Part shown: positions 38,722-50,330 of the stretch, piece by piece
Position numbering within the stretch: position 1 is the stretch's first letter
Layout of the letters: the number at the start of each line of letters is the position of its first letter
NCBI GenBank assembly: GCA_043228905.1
Contig: JBHGNT010000004.1
Span: 620,001 to 684,000, forward strand
DNA: 64,000 bases
Direction: 5' to 3'
Source of the DNA: Azolla caroliniana
Taxonomy: Eukaryota; Plantae; Polypodiophyta
The notes under the pieces: model-generated
What the model was told of the DNA's origin: nothing
Databases searched by the model: none
What the model saw: only the letters and a program-made list of their open reading frames with translations
Made by a program: the position numbers and the translations under genes

Positions 38722-39135
38722 GTTGGTTTTTTCCTGCAAATTCCCTACTTGCATTGTACTCTAAAGGCGTAGAGAATTGTACACTTAAGTGGCTTAAGTG
38801 ATTGAAGTAGAACTCTGTTACTAAAAGGGGCCCATACGAACATTATTTCAACCTTTTCATGAACCACAAGGACATAGTTACTACATCAAGATGCATCTAA
38901 CGGTGAATCAAACATTGAACATGTGGAGTTGGTTTTTTTCCGCAAATCCCCTACTTACAATGTGCTCTAAAGGCACAGAGAATTGTACACTTAATTGGCT
39001 TCGATGAACAAAGTAGAATCCTATTACTAAAAGGTGACCACATGAACATGCGTTCAAGCTTTTCATGAACTATAAGAACATGGTTACTACATCAAGATTT
39101 ATCTAGCGGTGAATCAATTCTTGAACATGTGGGGG
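38722..39135. repeat. Diverged tandem duplication, ~207-bp unit x2
   Basis: ttggttttttcc..gcaaat.ccctact...agagaattgtacacttaa...tactacatcaagat...ttgaacatgtgg is present twice. Confidence 0.8.
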
Positions 39136-40304
39136 TTGTTCATGGATAATGGTGCCATGGATTCAAGATTCTAGGGAAATTTCCTCTAAAGCATATAATT
39201 TAATAGCCATTAATTTCCTAAGTTTTAGTGGGAGTTAGTGACCGTAATAACTTATTTCACCATCTAATCATGACTGGTTATTGATTGATGGTCTAATAGG
39301 TCATACACTCAGTAAACTAAGGCTAAGTGCTCCTTGAAAATATTTGATCCCCACTCATTGATGCTATGGTTGAATGTGTGTCCAAGGGTAAGCTGGAAGG
39401 AGTCTATAAATTATTATATGAATCCCAACTTTGGATAAAGGTTGAATCTAAGGATAAAAGTGTGGAGTTGGTATTGTATTTTTCATTGTTTTCCTTAAAA
39501 TAGGGGAGTTATTTGTCTACTTTTTAACAACATATCTCTTAATAAAAATAAGGTTTTTAGGGACTTGTCATCACTACATTTTCAAACTACAAGCTACAAG
39601 CTATAAGCATTGCATAATGCCATATTGTTTATATTGCATCATTAGCTATATAGTTTGCAATTCTCACACAAGGTTCCCTAAATCCCAATCTCATACCAAG
39701 ACAGTTGATTAGTGATCATGCCTAGGTTAGTATTTTTGTTGTACCTAGATTTTAGGTGAGCATGTTTGCCTAAATGGGTTATTTTGGAGGGATTGGTTTG
39801 TATCAAGTGATCATACACACTTTTACCTTGCCATTAGTAGCATTGCCAGTCCAAATAGGAACCCAAATTAAACACTATAACAAGGCTATTATTAGCATGT
39901 TGTAAAGGATAATAAAAAAGCTCGACAAAATGCGCATAAAATATCACACATCCATTCTAGAAAGCCTTCTCCTGAGTCTTGTAGAAAGGCTCTCTAGTTA
40001 GCCATCCATCTACACCACACACACACACAACTAAATGCCAAATGTTGATTCTTCAACTTTGTTTCCTTGTCCTTCTAAATTGGCTAAAAAGCGCACTAAA
40101 TGATCACGTGCCTTGCCTAGAAATATTGTTCCCAAACCTTGTGGAAGAGTTCTCTTTGGCCATCCATTTGGAACTCTATATTTGTCTCATGTTTGTGTTA
40201 CCTCACTAGAAGGCACATAGAAAGATTATGTGCAACCTAACTAGACAAATTGTTCCCAAGTCTTGTAATGGTACTTCTACCATTTCATGAGTTCTCCATC
40301 TATG

Positions 40305-40307
<3 letters not shown>

Positions 40308-40359
<52 letters not shown>

Positions 40360-40378
40360 TACACATACACATACACAC
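40308..40378. repeat. (CA)n microsatellite
   Basis: Direct reading. Confidence 0.95.
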
Positions 40379-40732
40379 GCCATTGTCTCAAAGTTTGTCT
40401 TAGCTCACTAGAAGGCACATATAAAGATCACGCACAATCTAAGCAGGAAAGTTGTTCTCAACTCTCATAAAGGGAGTCTTGCGAATCATCCATCTACGAT
40501 ACACGCATGCACAAACACATACAAATACAAATACAAGTACTTATACATATCCATGTCCATGTCCATGTCCACGTCCATGTTCACATACACATACACATAC
40601 ATACAAGTCAGGAATTGCGAGAGGGTAGATGCGTTGTGCGTGGGTGCCGTGTTGGATTTTGTTAGGAGTTAGGGAGGCAGCAGGAAGATGAGGCTCACTC
40701 ACTTAAAGACAAAGACAAAGGAGGGAAATGAA

Positions 40733-40910
40733 GGGGGGGGGGGGGGGGGGGAGGTGGACGGAAAGATTTTGCTTCGTTTTTGCGTTTTGCGTTTTGCGTT
40801 CTGCGTTCTGCGTTTTGGGCTTTGCGTTTTGGCTTCCTTTTTCAAACCCAGGAGCAGACTATGAACAGTAAATTGACATAAACAGGAGGCCAATTTTGAA
40901 ATTTCTCAAT

Positions 40911-40970
<60 letters not shown>
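40733..40970. promoter_or_regulatory. Putative SIN3 proximal promoter: G-run, (TTTTGCG)n heptamer array and long (CT)n GAGA tract
   Basis: G-run at 40733-40751, ~7 TTYTGCG units at ~40777-40830 and (CT)n at 40914-40970, just upstream of the inferred 5' UTR exons (~41030-41162, 41424-41583). Function is inferred from position only. Confidence 0.4.
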
Positions 40971-40975
<5 letters not shown>

Positions 40976-42069
40976 CTCCCTTTCTTCGAGCCATCAACAA
41001 ACTGCGCTTTCTCCCTCTCTCTGATTCCTGCCCTCAGCGCCATCGCCATAGCTCACTCAGCACCCGCAAGCTTCCTTCCTTCCTTCCCTCCTTCTTCTCA
41101 GCATTCTTTCAGTCTCTCCTGGAAAAAGGAAAAACAAAAATCATCACCTTCCTTCGTCTCAGGTAATTATCCTCTTCCCTGTTTTTTTAATTTTTCCCCC
41201 ATCGTTCTGCTCCTAATCAAAGCTTCCCATGCTTCAATGGGAACCAAACACGGGAATTTCCCCCCCCCGCGAATTCGCTCATGATCACTACCTTTTGGAA
41301 ATCCGTTCCATTCATTTTCTTTAGAATTTCTCTGCCTCTCCATAAACGAATTTAGACCTTTTTGTGATCTGGTCTCGCTTACGGGTGTTTGTAAAATTCC
41401 AGTTTATTTCTTCTGAATTGCAGACACCAAAAGTTTTTCGTAAAGAAGGCCTAGATTTAGAGAAAATTCAACCAGAATCAATCGCCGTCATCCTCATCAT
41501 TCATCCGCATCTACAACGTCACCACCGTCTCCATCTACAATATCTGTGTCTCTCACTCGTTTAAACGGAATAGGCATTTAAAGGTAAATTTTTATTTTCT
41601 TTTTATTTTCCAGAATTATTGATGAACAATACTAGGTTTAGATTCAGATAGAATTGAAACAGAACAGGATGTTTCTTCAACTTCAAAACCAGGCTAGGAT
41701 GGAAAGGAAATCCGTACCAAAGTCTGTGAATGCATCCCCATCATTTGTTTTTCTCATTCGTTTTAACAGACTAGGCCTTTAGGATAAAAATTTCACTTCA
41801 TTATTCTGAATTATAGGACATGGAAGCTGTTTCGTACGAAAGCTTAGATTTAGATAATTTTAACAAGGAATCTGATGCTGATTCATATCTAAGCATGCCT
41901 AGGCTATAGGCATGTAAACAGTTTTCTAGATTACAGAAAATCTCACAAGAATCAGATGTTTGTTCCTCTTCTTCCAGACTGTGTAAAAGAAAAGAGCACC
42001 AAAATCGGTTGAGGATTGACAAGAACTGACAAGAAGTAAACATTGATTTATATATGTAAGCTTGGAATC

Positions 42070-45000
42070 ATGAAGAGGAGTAGGGAGGAAAATGGACCAG
42101 GATCACAGCCCAAACGCGTTGCATCTTCACGTGGAGATATGTGAGCATCTTTCTTAGCTTAGAATCTTAAAATTTGGAGGTATCCTATTGCATATAAATC
42201 TTGCTGATTTTACTGTCTTGCTCTTAGGTCTGGTCCAACATCACAATCACAACGTTTAACCACAGCTGATGCCTTGACTTATCTTCAAGCTGTCAAAGAT
42301 ATCTTTAAAGATAAGAAAGGAAAATATGATGAATTCTTGGAAGTGATGAAAGACTTCAAAGCACTGAGGTCAGCCTTTAAACCTTCGGTTAATGTTTTGT
42401 TTAAGATCTCATGTTTTAAATGGTTTTTTAAAGTTTTGTATTGACTGTGAAGAATCGACACTGCTGGAGTGATAGCAAGAGTAAAGGACCTATTCAAAGG
42501 TCACCGTGATCTCATACTTGGATTTAATACCTTCCTTCCTAAAGGATATGAAATTACACTCCCTCTTGAAGAAGAAGCTACTAAAAGACAACCGGTCGAA
42601 TATGGCCAAGCTATCAATTATGTTAATAAAATCAAGGTATGAAAGTCATGCACAATACTCTTCAAATTTGATAGCCATTTACATTAGCTTGAATTTTGTG
42701 ATACAATTCTTATGAATCCTTTTTATATTGCTGCAGACGAGATTTGAAGAAGAAGAGCAAGTCTACAAAGCATTTCTAGAAATCCTAAACATGTATCGAA
42801 AAGGAAACAAATCCATCAGTGAAGTCTATCAGGAGGTGAGATAGTCTTGTATTGCATCCAGAGCAGTGTATTCATTCAGAATGTACATTGCTATATGAAT
42901 TGGTGCTCGTTTCAGGTTGCATCACTCTTCAAGGATCATCCAGATCTTCTGGAGGAGTTTACTTGTTTTCTTCCAGATTCTAGTGGTATTGGCTCTCACC
43001 TCTCAAAAGGAAGTTCTGTGCCTCGCAGAGATGAAAAGAGTTCAGTAGTTAGACATATCAAGGTATATGTATTACTTTTATCACGCGGTCTTGGCTTTTT
43101 GAGTGTGCTAACCATTTCTTCGCTTTCTGAGGATAGATCTTTTTTCTTTCCTAATACATCATATTTTGAACAGAGGGAAAAGAGTTTGAATGCTCCTGGT
43201 GAAGGGGATGTCACGTCAGACAAAGCTATAGATCGGGAACGACATGACCATATCAGTATGGAACCTGATAAGAGAGAAAGAGACATCAAAGAGGAAAAGG
43301 ATCTGCAAATGGATCGAGAAGATAAAGATTCAGAACAAGAGGGAGATAAAGATCTTGATGGAATGCAACGACTTCCTAACAAGCGGAAATCAGCTAGGAG
43401 GGCTGATGAATTAATTCGCAAGCAGTCCTTGGGAGTAGAAGGAGTAGAAACAACAGTGGGTACGTCTGCTCCTGTGGTTTCAGCAGAAGAAAAGAAAGTT
43501 CCGAAGGGTATATCTTTAAGGGGAAAACTCCGAAATACCCCTGATTTTTTCTATATTTCCCTGATTTTTTGTTATTTCCCCAAATGCCGTTGGTCAACCC
43601 CATCTTGAGCAAGCATATGTGCTATTTCAAGAAGTTATATGGTCAATTCATCCTCTTTCATCTCTCTCAAGGGTTGACTATGGGCATTTGGGGAAATAAA
43701 GAAAAAATCAGGGCATTTTAGATTTTTGTATATCTTTAATTCCGGAATACCTGGTTGTGCTTTTTATTGTGTGAATTCAGCTTACATCAAGTAAATATGT
43801 CACAGGACTTCAGAGGAAGCTTGCATTTTTTGAACATGTTAAGAGTAAATTACGAAGTCGAGAGACTTACCAGGAATTTTTGAAGTGCTTAAATTTGTAC
43901 AGTGAAGAGATAATCACACGTGAACAACTACATAGGCTGGTATGTATAAAACTTATCCTCACAAAGTCATCATCTTCTCTATGCATAGAAAGCAACCATG
44001 CAAGGTGTTAGCACTGTTATTTAACTCTTCTCTTAATTGGTAGGCCTGTATCGAGTAGGCACCTACAGCTCAAAGCTGTGGGCATCTATGTAGTATTCAG
44101 CTTGTCAATGTTATATAACTATATGAACACAATTTATTATGTATGGTCAATCTGACTTGTCATAGTTTAATGGTGTTCAGGTAATCGGTGTACTGGGCAA
44201 ATATCCAGAATTAGTTGATGGATTCAACGATTTCTTAGCTCATTGTGAAAGCAATGGTATGGTGATATTTGTTTCACTAGTGTAATGTAAAAGTAGGTGA
44301 AACAATTCGAGTCTAAGTCTTACGCTGACCCCAAACACTTTTTGTTTTTTTTTGTATCAGAGGGTTATCTGGCCAATCTTGTCAGCAAAAGTAAGTCTCA
44401 CATCCAGCTTCATACCTCATAATCACTAGAAAATGATGTTATGTAGTTGATTTTGTTACTGGATTGGATTTTTTCTTTCAATGGTGTAATTTATGTATTT
44501 TTTTATTATTCAGAGCTGGGAGATGGTCAGCCCTTGAGACCAAAGGTAGAAAGAGATAGAGAGAAGGAGAGAGAGAGAGAAAAAGAAAGAAGCAAAGAGG
44601 ATGACAGAGGTGAGCGAGGAAGAGAGGCCGAAAAGGAGAAAGAGAGAGAAAAGCGAGATGTGCCCAGCCACAAGATTTCAATACAAAACAGGGAGAAGTA
44701 TATGACAAAGCCTATATCTGAATTAGACCTATCAAACTGTGAGCAGTGTACTCCAAGCTATCGGCTTCTACCCAAGAGTGTAAGTTGGTTTTATGTTCTG
44801 GTGAAATTTCTGCTTTAGCTTTCTATAGACGATGTCCTGGATCTTCCAGTTGTTCCCTAGTACATCAATGGTTTGTACACAGTACATTTATTGTTCTCTC
44901 ATATCGCTCACAGTATCCTAAGCCAGTTGTAAGCTATCGGAAGCCTTCATCACGGGGGGTGCTTAATGATTCCTGGGTCTCCGTGACTTCGGGAAGTGAA

Positions 45001-48000
45001 GACTATTCTTTCAAGCACATGAGGAGAAACCAGTATGAGGAAAGCTTGTTTCGATGTGAAGATGATAGGTATGTTTATGCTTGTAAAAGGTGCCTGTATG
45101 CATTGATGTTAATGGTGATGGTCGCATATGGGATTAATTTTTCTCCATCTTTAATTAGGTTTGAGCTGGATATGTTGTTGGAATCTACTGCTGTTACAGC
45201 AAAACGTATGGAAGACCTCTTAAAGAAACTCCAGGAAGGAAACATTAAACAAGATGGTCAAGTTCATCTTGATGATTTTTTAACAGGTAATATTTTTAGT
45301 TATTTACTTGCTTTGAGGGTCATATGAAAAATACTGATGGAATATCCTTTGGTGCAGCTATCAATATTCGGTGCATTGAGCGCATATACGGTGATCATGG
45401 TCTAGATGTCGTTGAACTGCTGCGCAAAAATGCATCTGTAGCACTGCCAGTTATTCTTAATCGCCTTAAACAGAAGCAAGAGGAGTGGCTAAAATGTAAG
45501 GAAGACATGAATAAAGTCTGGGCAGAAGTTTATGCTAAAAATTATCACAAATCACTGGACCACCGGAGCTTCTACTTCAAGCAACAAGACAAAAAGAATC
45601 TTAGCACCAAAGGTAAATGCTATGCTCATTGGTTTTAAGAATGGCAATGGTATCATCCATTATTCTTTTAACCATCATTATAGTGCAACATTTTTCTCTG
45701 TAACAGAAGTTATACACATTTAACTACATGATCTATCTGTTATCCTGAAGAGAGTGGGTTTTGTTACACTTTATGCAATCTCAGTTTTTTTATTTTAGCT
45801 GTTTGTGAGGTGTAACTGTGTTGTCATCCATTATTCTTTTAGCCAACGTTATAGTGTTACATTTTTCTCTGTAACAGAAGTTATATTTAACTGCATGATC
45901 TGTTGTCCTGAAGAGAATGGATTTCCTTACATTTAGTGCAATTGCAGAGTTATTTATTTATTTTTAGTTATTTGTGAGGTGTAAGTATGTTTTGTTCCTT
46001 AGACTTTGAATGCATTTAACAATCTCTTTTGTGCAACAGCACTTTTGGCTGAGATTAAAGAGATCAATGAGAAAAAGAGGAAAGATGATGAGTTTATTCT
46101 CTCTAAAGCAGCTGGAAATAGGCAGCCACTTATCCCTGATCTGAGATATGACTATCTTGAGCCTGATGTGAACGAAGACTTGTATCAGATCATCAAATAT
46201 TCGGCTGATGAGATGTGCCCTACGATGGAACAATCAGATAAAATCATGCGACTCTGGACAGCCTTTATTGAACCTATATTTGGTGTCCCGTCCCGATCCC
46301 ATGATGCTGAAGACACCGAAGAGGTGTCAAAAGGGAAATCCATGAAAGTTGGAAATGATAGCCTTGCTACTTCCAAACGGGGTTTAACTTTGGATAAGGA
46401 AATATACAAGCCTGTAACAAATGATCTCGTAAGAAGAGAGAAAGGTAGCTCAAGTAATGGAGGTGTCTTCAGGGCTGAAGAAAATGCATCAGTTACTTCA
46501 GTCACAGATGAAATGAAAACTGATAAATCTGCATCTGTTAGCAATAAAAATGATGCCACATTAGCAATAAAATCTCAACAAGGTTGGTTGTAAATTATGT
46601 TGCACAACTTCGTTCAGCTCTAAGGTTTGGTTGGTTTCATTGTATTGCCACTGTCTAATTCATTCTGTTTTATATTTTTGTGCTTTATTTAGTTGCTGCA
46701 GTGATCTCATGTTCTGAGAAGTCAAATGAAAAAATCAGAAGAGAACGTGTGTCTTCTCAGGTATATACTATATATCTTCAACTTACTAATGGTCAAACTG
46801 AATTATTACAATCATGTGATGCACAATTTCATTTTTACCAAATTCAACTGCAGGATGCAGAGAGAAAGTTAGTTGATTCAAAAAGAGATGGTGAGGAATC
46901 AGATAAGGTAGATGGATGCCGGAATTCTCTTAATGGAAAAGTAGAAAGAGAAGAGGGTGAATTGTCTCCCTCACCAGAAGCAGATGAAGGGCTTCCAGAG
47001 AACCTTACTTCTGCACCAGTAGTAAAGCAAGAAGGCATCAACCATGGATTTAACGGTCATATAGAAGATGAAGAGATGGAATGTGATGGGAAAACTGAAG
47101 GTGAACCGGATGTAGACGAGGATGATGAAGGAGAGGAAAGTACTCCAAAATCAAGTGATGAGAGTGACAATCCATCAGTTGGGGTAGAAGCTTCTGGTTC
47201 TGACTCAGCAAATGCAGATGATTCACGAGAAGAACATGATGACGATGAACACGAAGGTAAGAATGAGAGTGAGGGTGAAGCTGATGGCGAAGGAATGGCT
47301 GATGTTGAAGGTGAAGGTACATCCTTGGCATCGTCAGAGAAACTGTTGCTCTCATGTATGCCTTTAACAACTCACGCTCCCTCCATTGTTTACAATTTGG
47401 CTGCAAACAATGGCTCAACTGTGTTTTACGGGAATGATACATTATATGTGTTGTTTAGACTTCACCAGGTAATTAGTGAGGTAAAAAGGTGCTGTGTTTT
47501 TGTGTTATTATCTGCCTCTTGCTTACATTGGGACCGACCGGGTGTGTTGCAGGCACTGTATGAACGCATACATGCTGCCAAAGTCCATGCCATAGCAGCT
47601 GAAGAGAAACAAAAAATCCCAAAGGACAATTCTTCTGAGCTCTATCGGAAGTAATATCCTACCCCGTTCTTTCATTTTATATTTTGAAATGTGATTTTTG
47701 TGTTTTTGGCAAGACTCAAGTCTAGTATGATTGAATCAGTATTTCCAATATCTCTAGACTAACTTTGTGTGATAGTTTTATCAATCATAGTGTTCTCTTT
47801 GGGTTTCAGATTTATGCAAGTCCTCTATAGTCTCTTGGATGGAACTGTTGATAATGTCAAGTTTGAAGATGATTGCCGAGCTATTATTGGGACGCAGTCA
47901 TATGTTCTTTTTACAATGGATAAGCTGATTTTTAAGTTAGTCAAGCAGGTAAAGAGTTGTACAAATACCATTAGGCCATTTGTGGATTTCGAATGCTCAC

Positions 48001-49596
48001 TGACCATATTGTGTTTTCTGGTCAGCTTCAATCTGTTGCATCTGATGAGATGGCAAACAAACTGCTTGCTTTAAACACTTACGAAAAGTCCCGTGTGTCT
48101 GGTTTTCTAGATGCGGTCTATCATGCAAATGCTTCTACACTGTTACAAGATGAAAATATATACAGATTTGAGCATGTAAGCTAATTCCTGTTTTATAAAC
48201 AGAAGGGAAAACACCAAAATGCTCTTAACTTTCTGGCTATTTACCAGAATACCCCTAGTTTCAAAATTACCAGAATATACCTCTAGTACCAAATTTACTG
48301 CTACAGAGGGGTATTCTGGTAAGGACCCAGGAAGTTATGGCTATTTTCGATTATTTTGCCCTGAAGCAGCTTTTCTCGATTGCCCTTAATTGCTTTGATG
48401 GATTTTCAGAGATCAAATCCAAGCCAGGTGTTCATCCAGCTAATGGAAGGTGGTGCAGAGAAGATGGAAGCTTCTCCCAATACCATAGAATACACATTTT
48501 TCAACTACCTCAATGAGTTCTTATATGAAACTTCTGATTCACAGAAGCAGCAATCTCCAATTTTCTTGAAAAGGCAAGACTCTAAAAATACAAGATTACA
48601 TGGACCCACTTTTAGGATATTGGGTACAAGTACTTTACCGGAAGTGTATATAAACTGTTATGGATTAGCATGACTTAAAGTGGTTTTCATTTTGTCCAAA
48701 CAGAAACAAACCGCTCAGCGAAGATGATGAGCAAATGGCACTTGTCAGGACTATGCGTAATATGTTCATTGCCAATGGCTTGGATTGCAAAGTATCTTGC
48801 AAAACATACAGGGTATGGTATCTTCAAACTTGTATTATGTGAATGAAACTTCAGTTTCTTGTATTTGTGTAGAAATGGGTTACGTCTAATCTGACTATGT
48901 AGTGCACTTTTATGCTGTGAAGGTCTCTTATGTTCTAGACACAGAGGACATACTTTTTCGCAAGGCTAGAAAAAAAGGTGATAGTGATAGCAAGAAGAGA
49001 AAAGGAGGCGGTGATATTCTTTCTGATAGCCCCAGCAGCAGGAGAGTACGGAAATTCCATAGATGGATTGATGGCCAATATTATCAGAAGAAGGACAGGT
49101 AAAAACATTATTATGCATCTGCTAAGTCTACTTGTGTATTGGTTTGCTTACATACAAAAAGTGTTATTATGCAAATAGATTGTTTGCTTGATGCATGTGT
49201 GTTGCTGGAACTTCAAGAAAGAAAGATGATATACACATTACATCAAGAGAATATTTAACCACAACCCTTACCAATTTACAGTTGTTAGAATCCATTATGG
49301 TCCTGTCAATAGCAATATTAATTTTAGAATTATGGTCAATTACATCTGAATCAGAGAGAGGAGAAGCCTTTTTTGAGCATGGATTATATTTTGAAGCAAT
49401 ATTATTTATAGAATTATAGGGTCCAATTAGACAAGGAATCATTTATCACTATTGGCAGAAAACAATACTCTAACCATGCACATACTACACTGATATGTTT
49501 TGTTGTACAGTAGCATTCCTTTGTTCATTGATGAATTGATGCAATTATCTTTTCCAAAGAATTCACATATGTCTGATATTTTCTTTGCACAGATGA
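42070..49596 (+). CDS. SIN3: SIN3-like paired amphipathic helix protein (HDAC corepressor scaffold), ~23 coding exons
   Basis: Exons 42070-42140, 42228-42368, 42453-42636, 42737-42835, 42916-43062, 43174-43507, 43806-43939, 44181-44256, 44361-44390, 44514-44779, 44914-45068, 45159-45286, 45358-45612, 46040-46582, 46693-46760, 46854-47468, 47553-47650, 47810-47948, 48026-48175, 48410-48573, 48704-48812, 48923-49098, 49593-49596. PAH1 [30 protein letters not shown]2 [18 protein letters not shown]3, [67 protein letters not shown] and Sin3_[19 protein letters not shown]. Confidence 0.96.
43520..43727. mobile_element. Mutator-like foldback MITE in SIN3 intron 6
   Basis: Long inverted arms (ccctgatttttt..ttatttccccaaatgcc..gtcaaccc / gggttgac..ggcatttggggaaataa..aaaaaatcaggg) flanked by the direct repeat GTATATCTTTAA (43508-43519, 43728-43739). 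Confidence 0.7.
45652..45986. repeat. Tandem duplication, ~172-bp unit x2, in a SIN3 intron
   Basis: catcca.tattctttt...acatttttctctgtaacagaagttata...cctgaagaga...tttgtgaggtgtaa is present twice. Confidence 0.82.
48205..48362. mobile_element. Mutator-like MITE in a SIN3 intron
   Basis: AGGGAAAAC...TTTTGCCCT termini; internal ttaccagaatacccct pairs with aggggtattctggtaa. Confidence 0.6.
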
Positions 49597-50162
49597 CACG
49601 TTGGCTGTAGCATTATTATGTATAAAGCTTTGTTGAAGCCTTTTAGCATTGAGCAGATCTTGGTGTATAGCGAAGTTGAAATTTGGTGACATGTCAAGTT
49701 GGAAGTTGAGTTATTAAGTCATTACATTCCCAATGCCTTCATTATTGTAAACCTTTTATCAGTTGCTTTCTGAGCATATTTGCTTTCATAGAAATGAAGG
49801 CAGTGAAGCTAATGCATATATATGATGATGCTAACATGCTCACATCCAAATAAAGGCTTGATATGGTTTATGTAATGCTTCCACGTTGTAATTTTAAGAA
49901 ATCTTGGGAGGTTTCTTTAGTTGATTATCGTCCTATTTTGTGTGACTATATTCTTTGGCTTGAATAAGAGGCTGAAATGAAATATGACTTTTCTACATGT
50001 CTTTCAGTTTAAATGGTCACAGACAATGCCATTTCTAAAACATCATCACAGAGCTGTCATTGCATTTAATGACATCAATAACCATGTAATCGCAAGTCAA
50101 CCCATGCGTCACAAAATTGAGTTTAGTAACATGGTGTATAATCAGGAACAAAAAACACGAGA

Positions 50163-50330
50163 TATTATGCAAGACCAAACATGAACTCCAGCACCCTGAT
50201 ATATCCAAACTTCGCATAGCTCTGCAATAGTTTTAAGTTTGCTTGAGTTATTATGCAAGGCCAAACAAGAATTGAAGCATCCTGATATATACAAACTTTG
50301 TATAGCTCAGTGATAGTTTCAATTTTGTTT
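50163..50330. repeat. Tandem duplication, ~87-bp unit x2
   Basis: tattatgcaag.ccaaaca..cctgatatat.caaactt..atagctc..atagttt is present twice. Confidence 0.75.
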
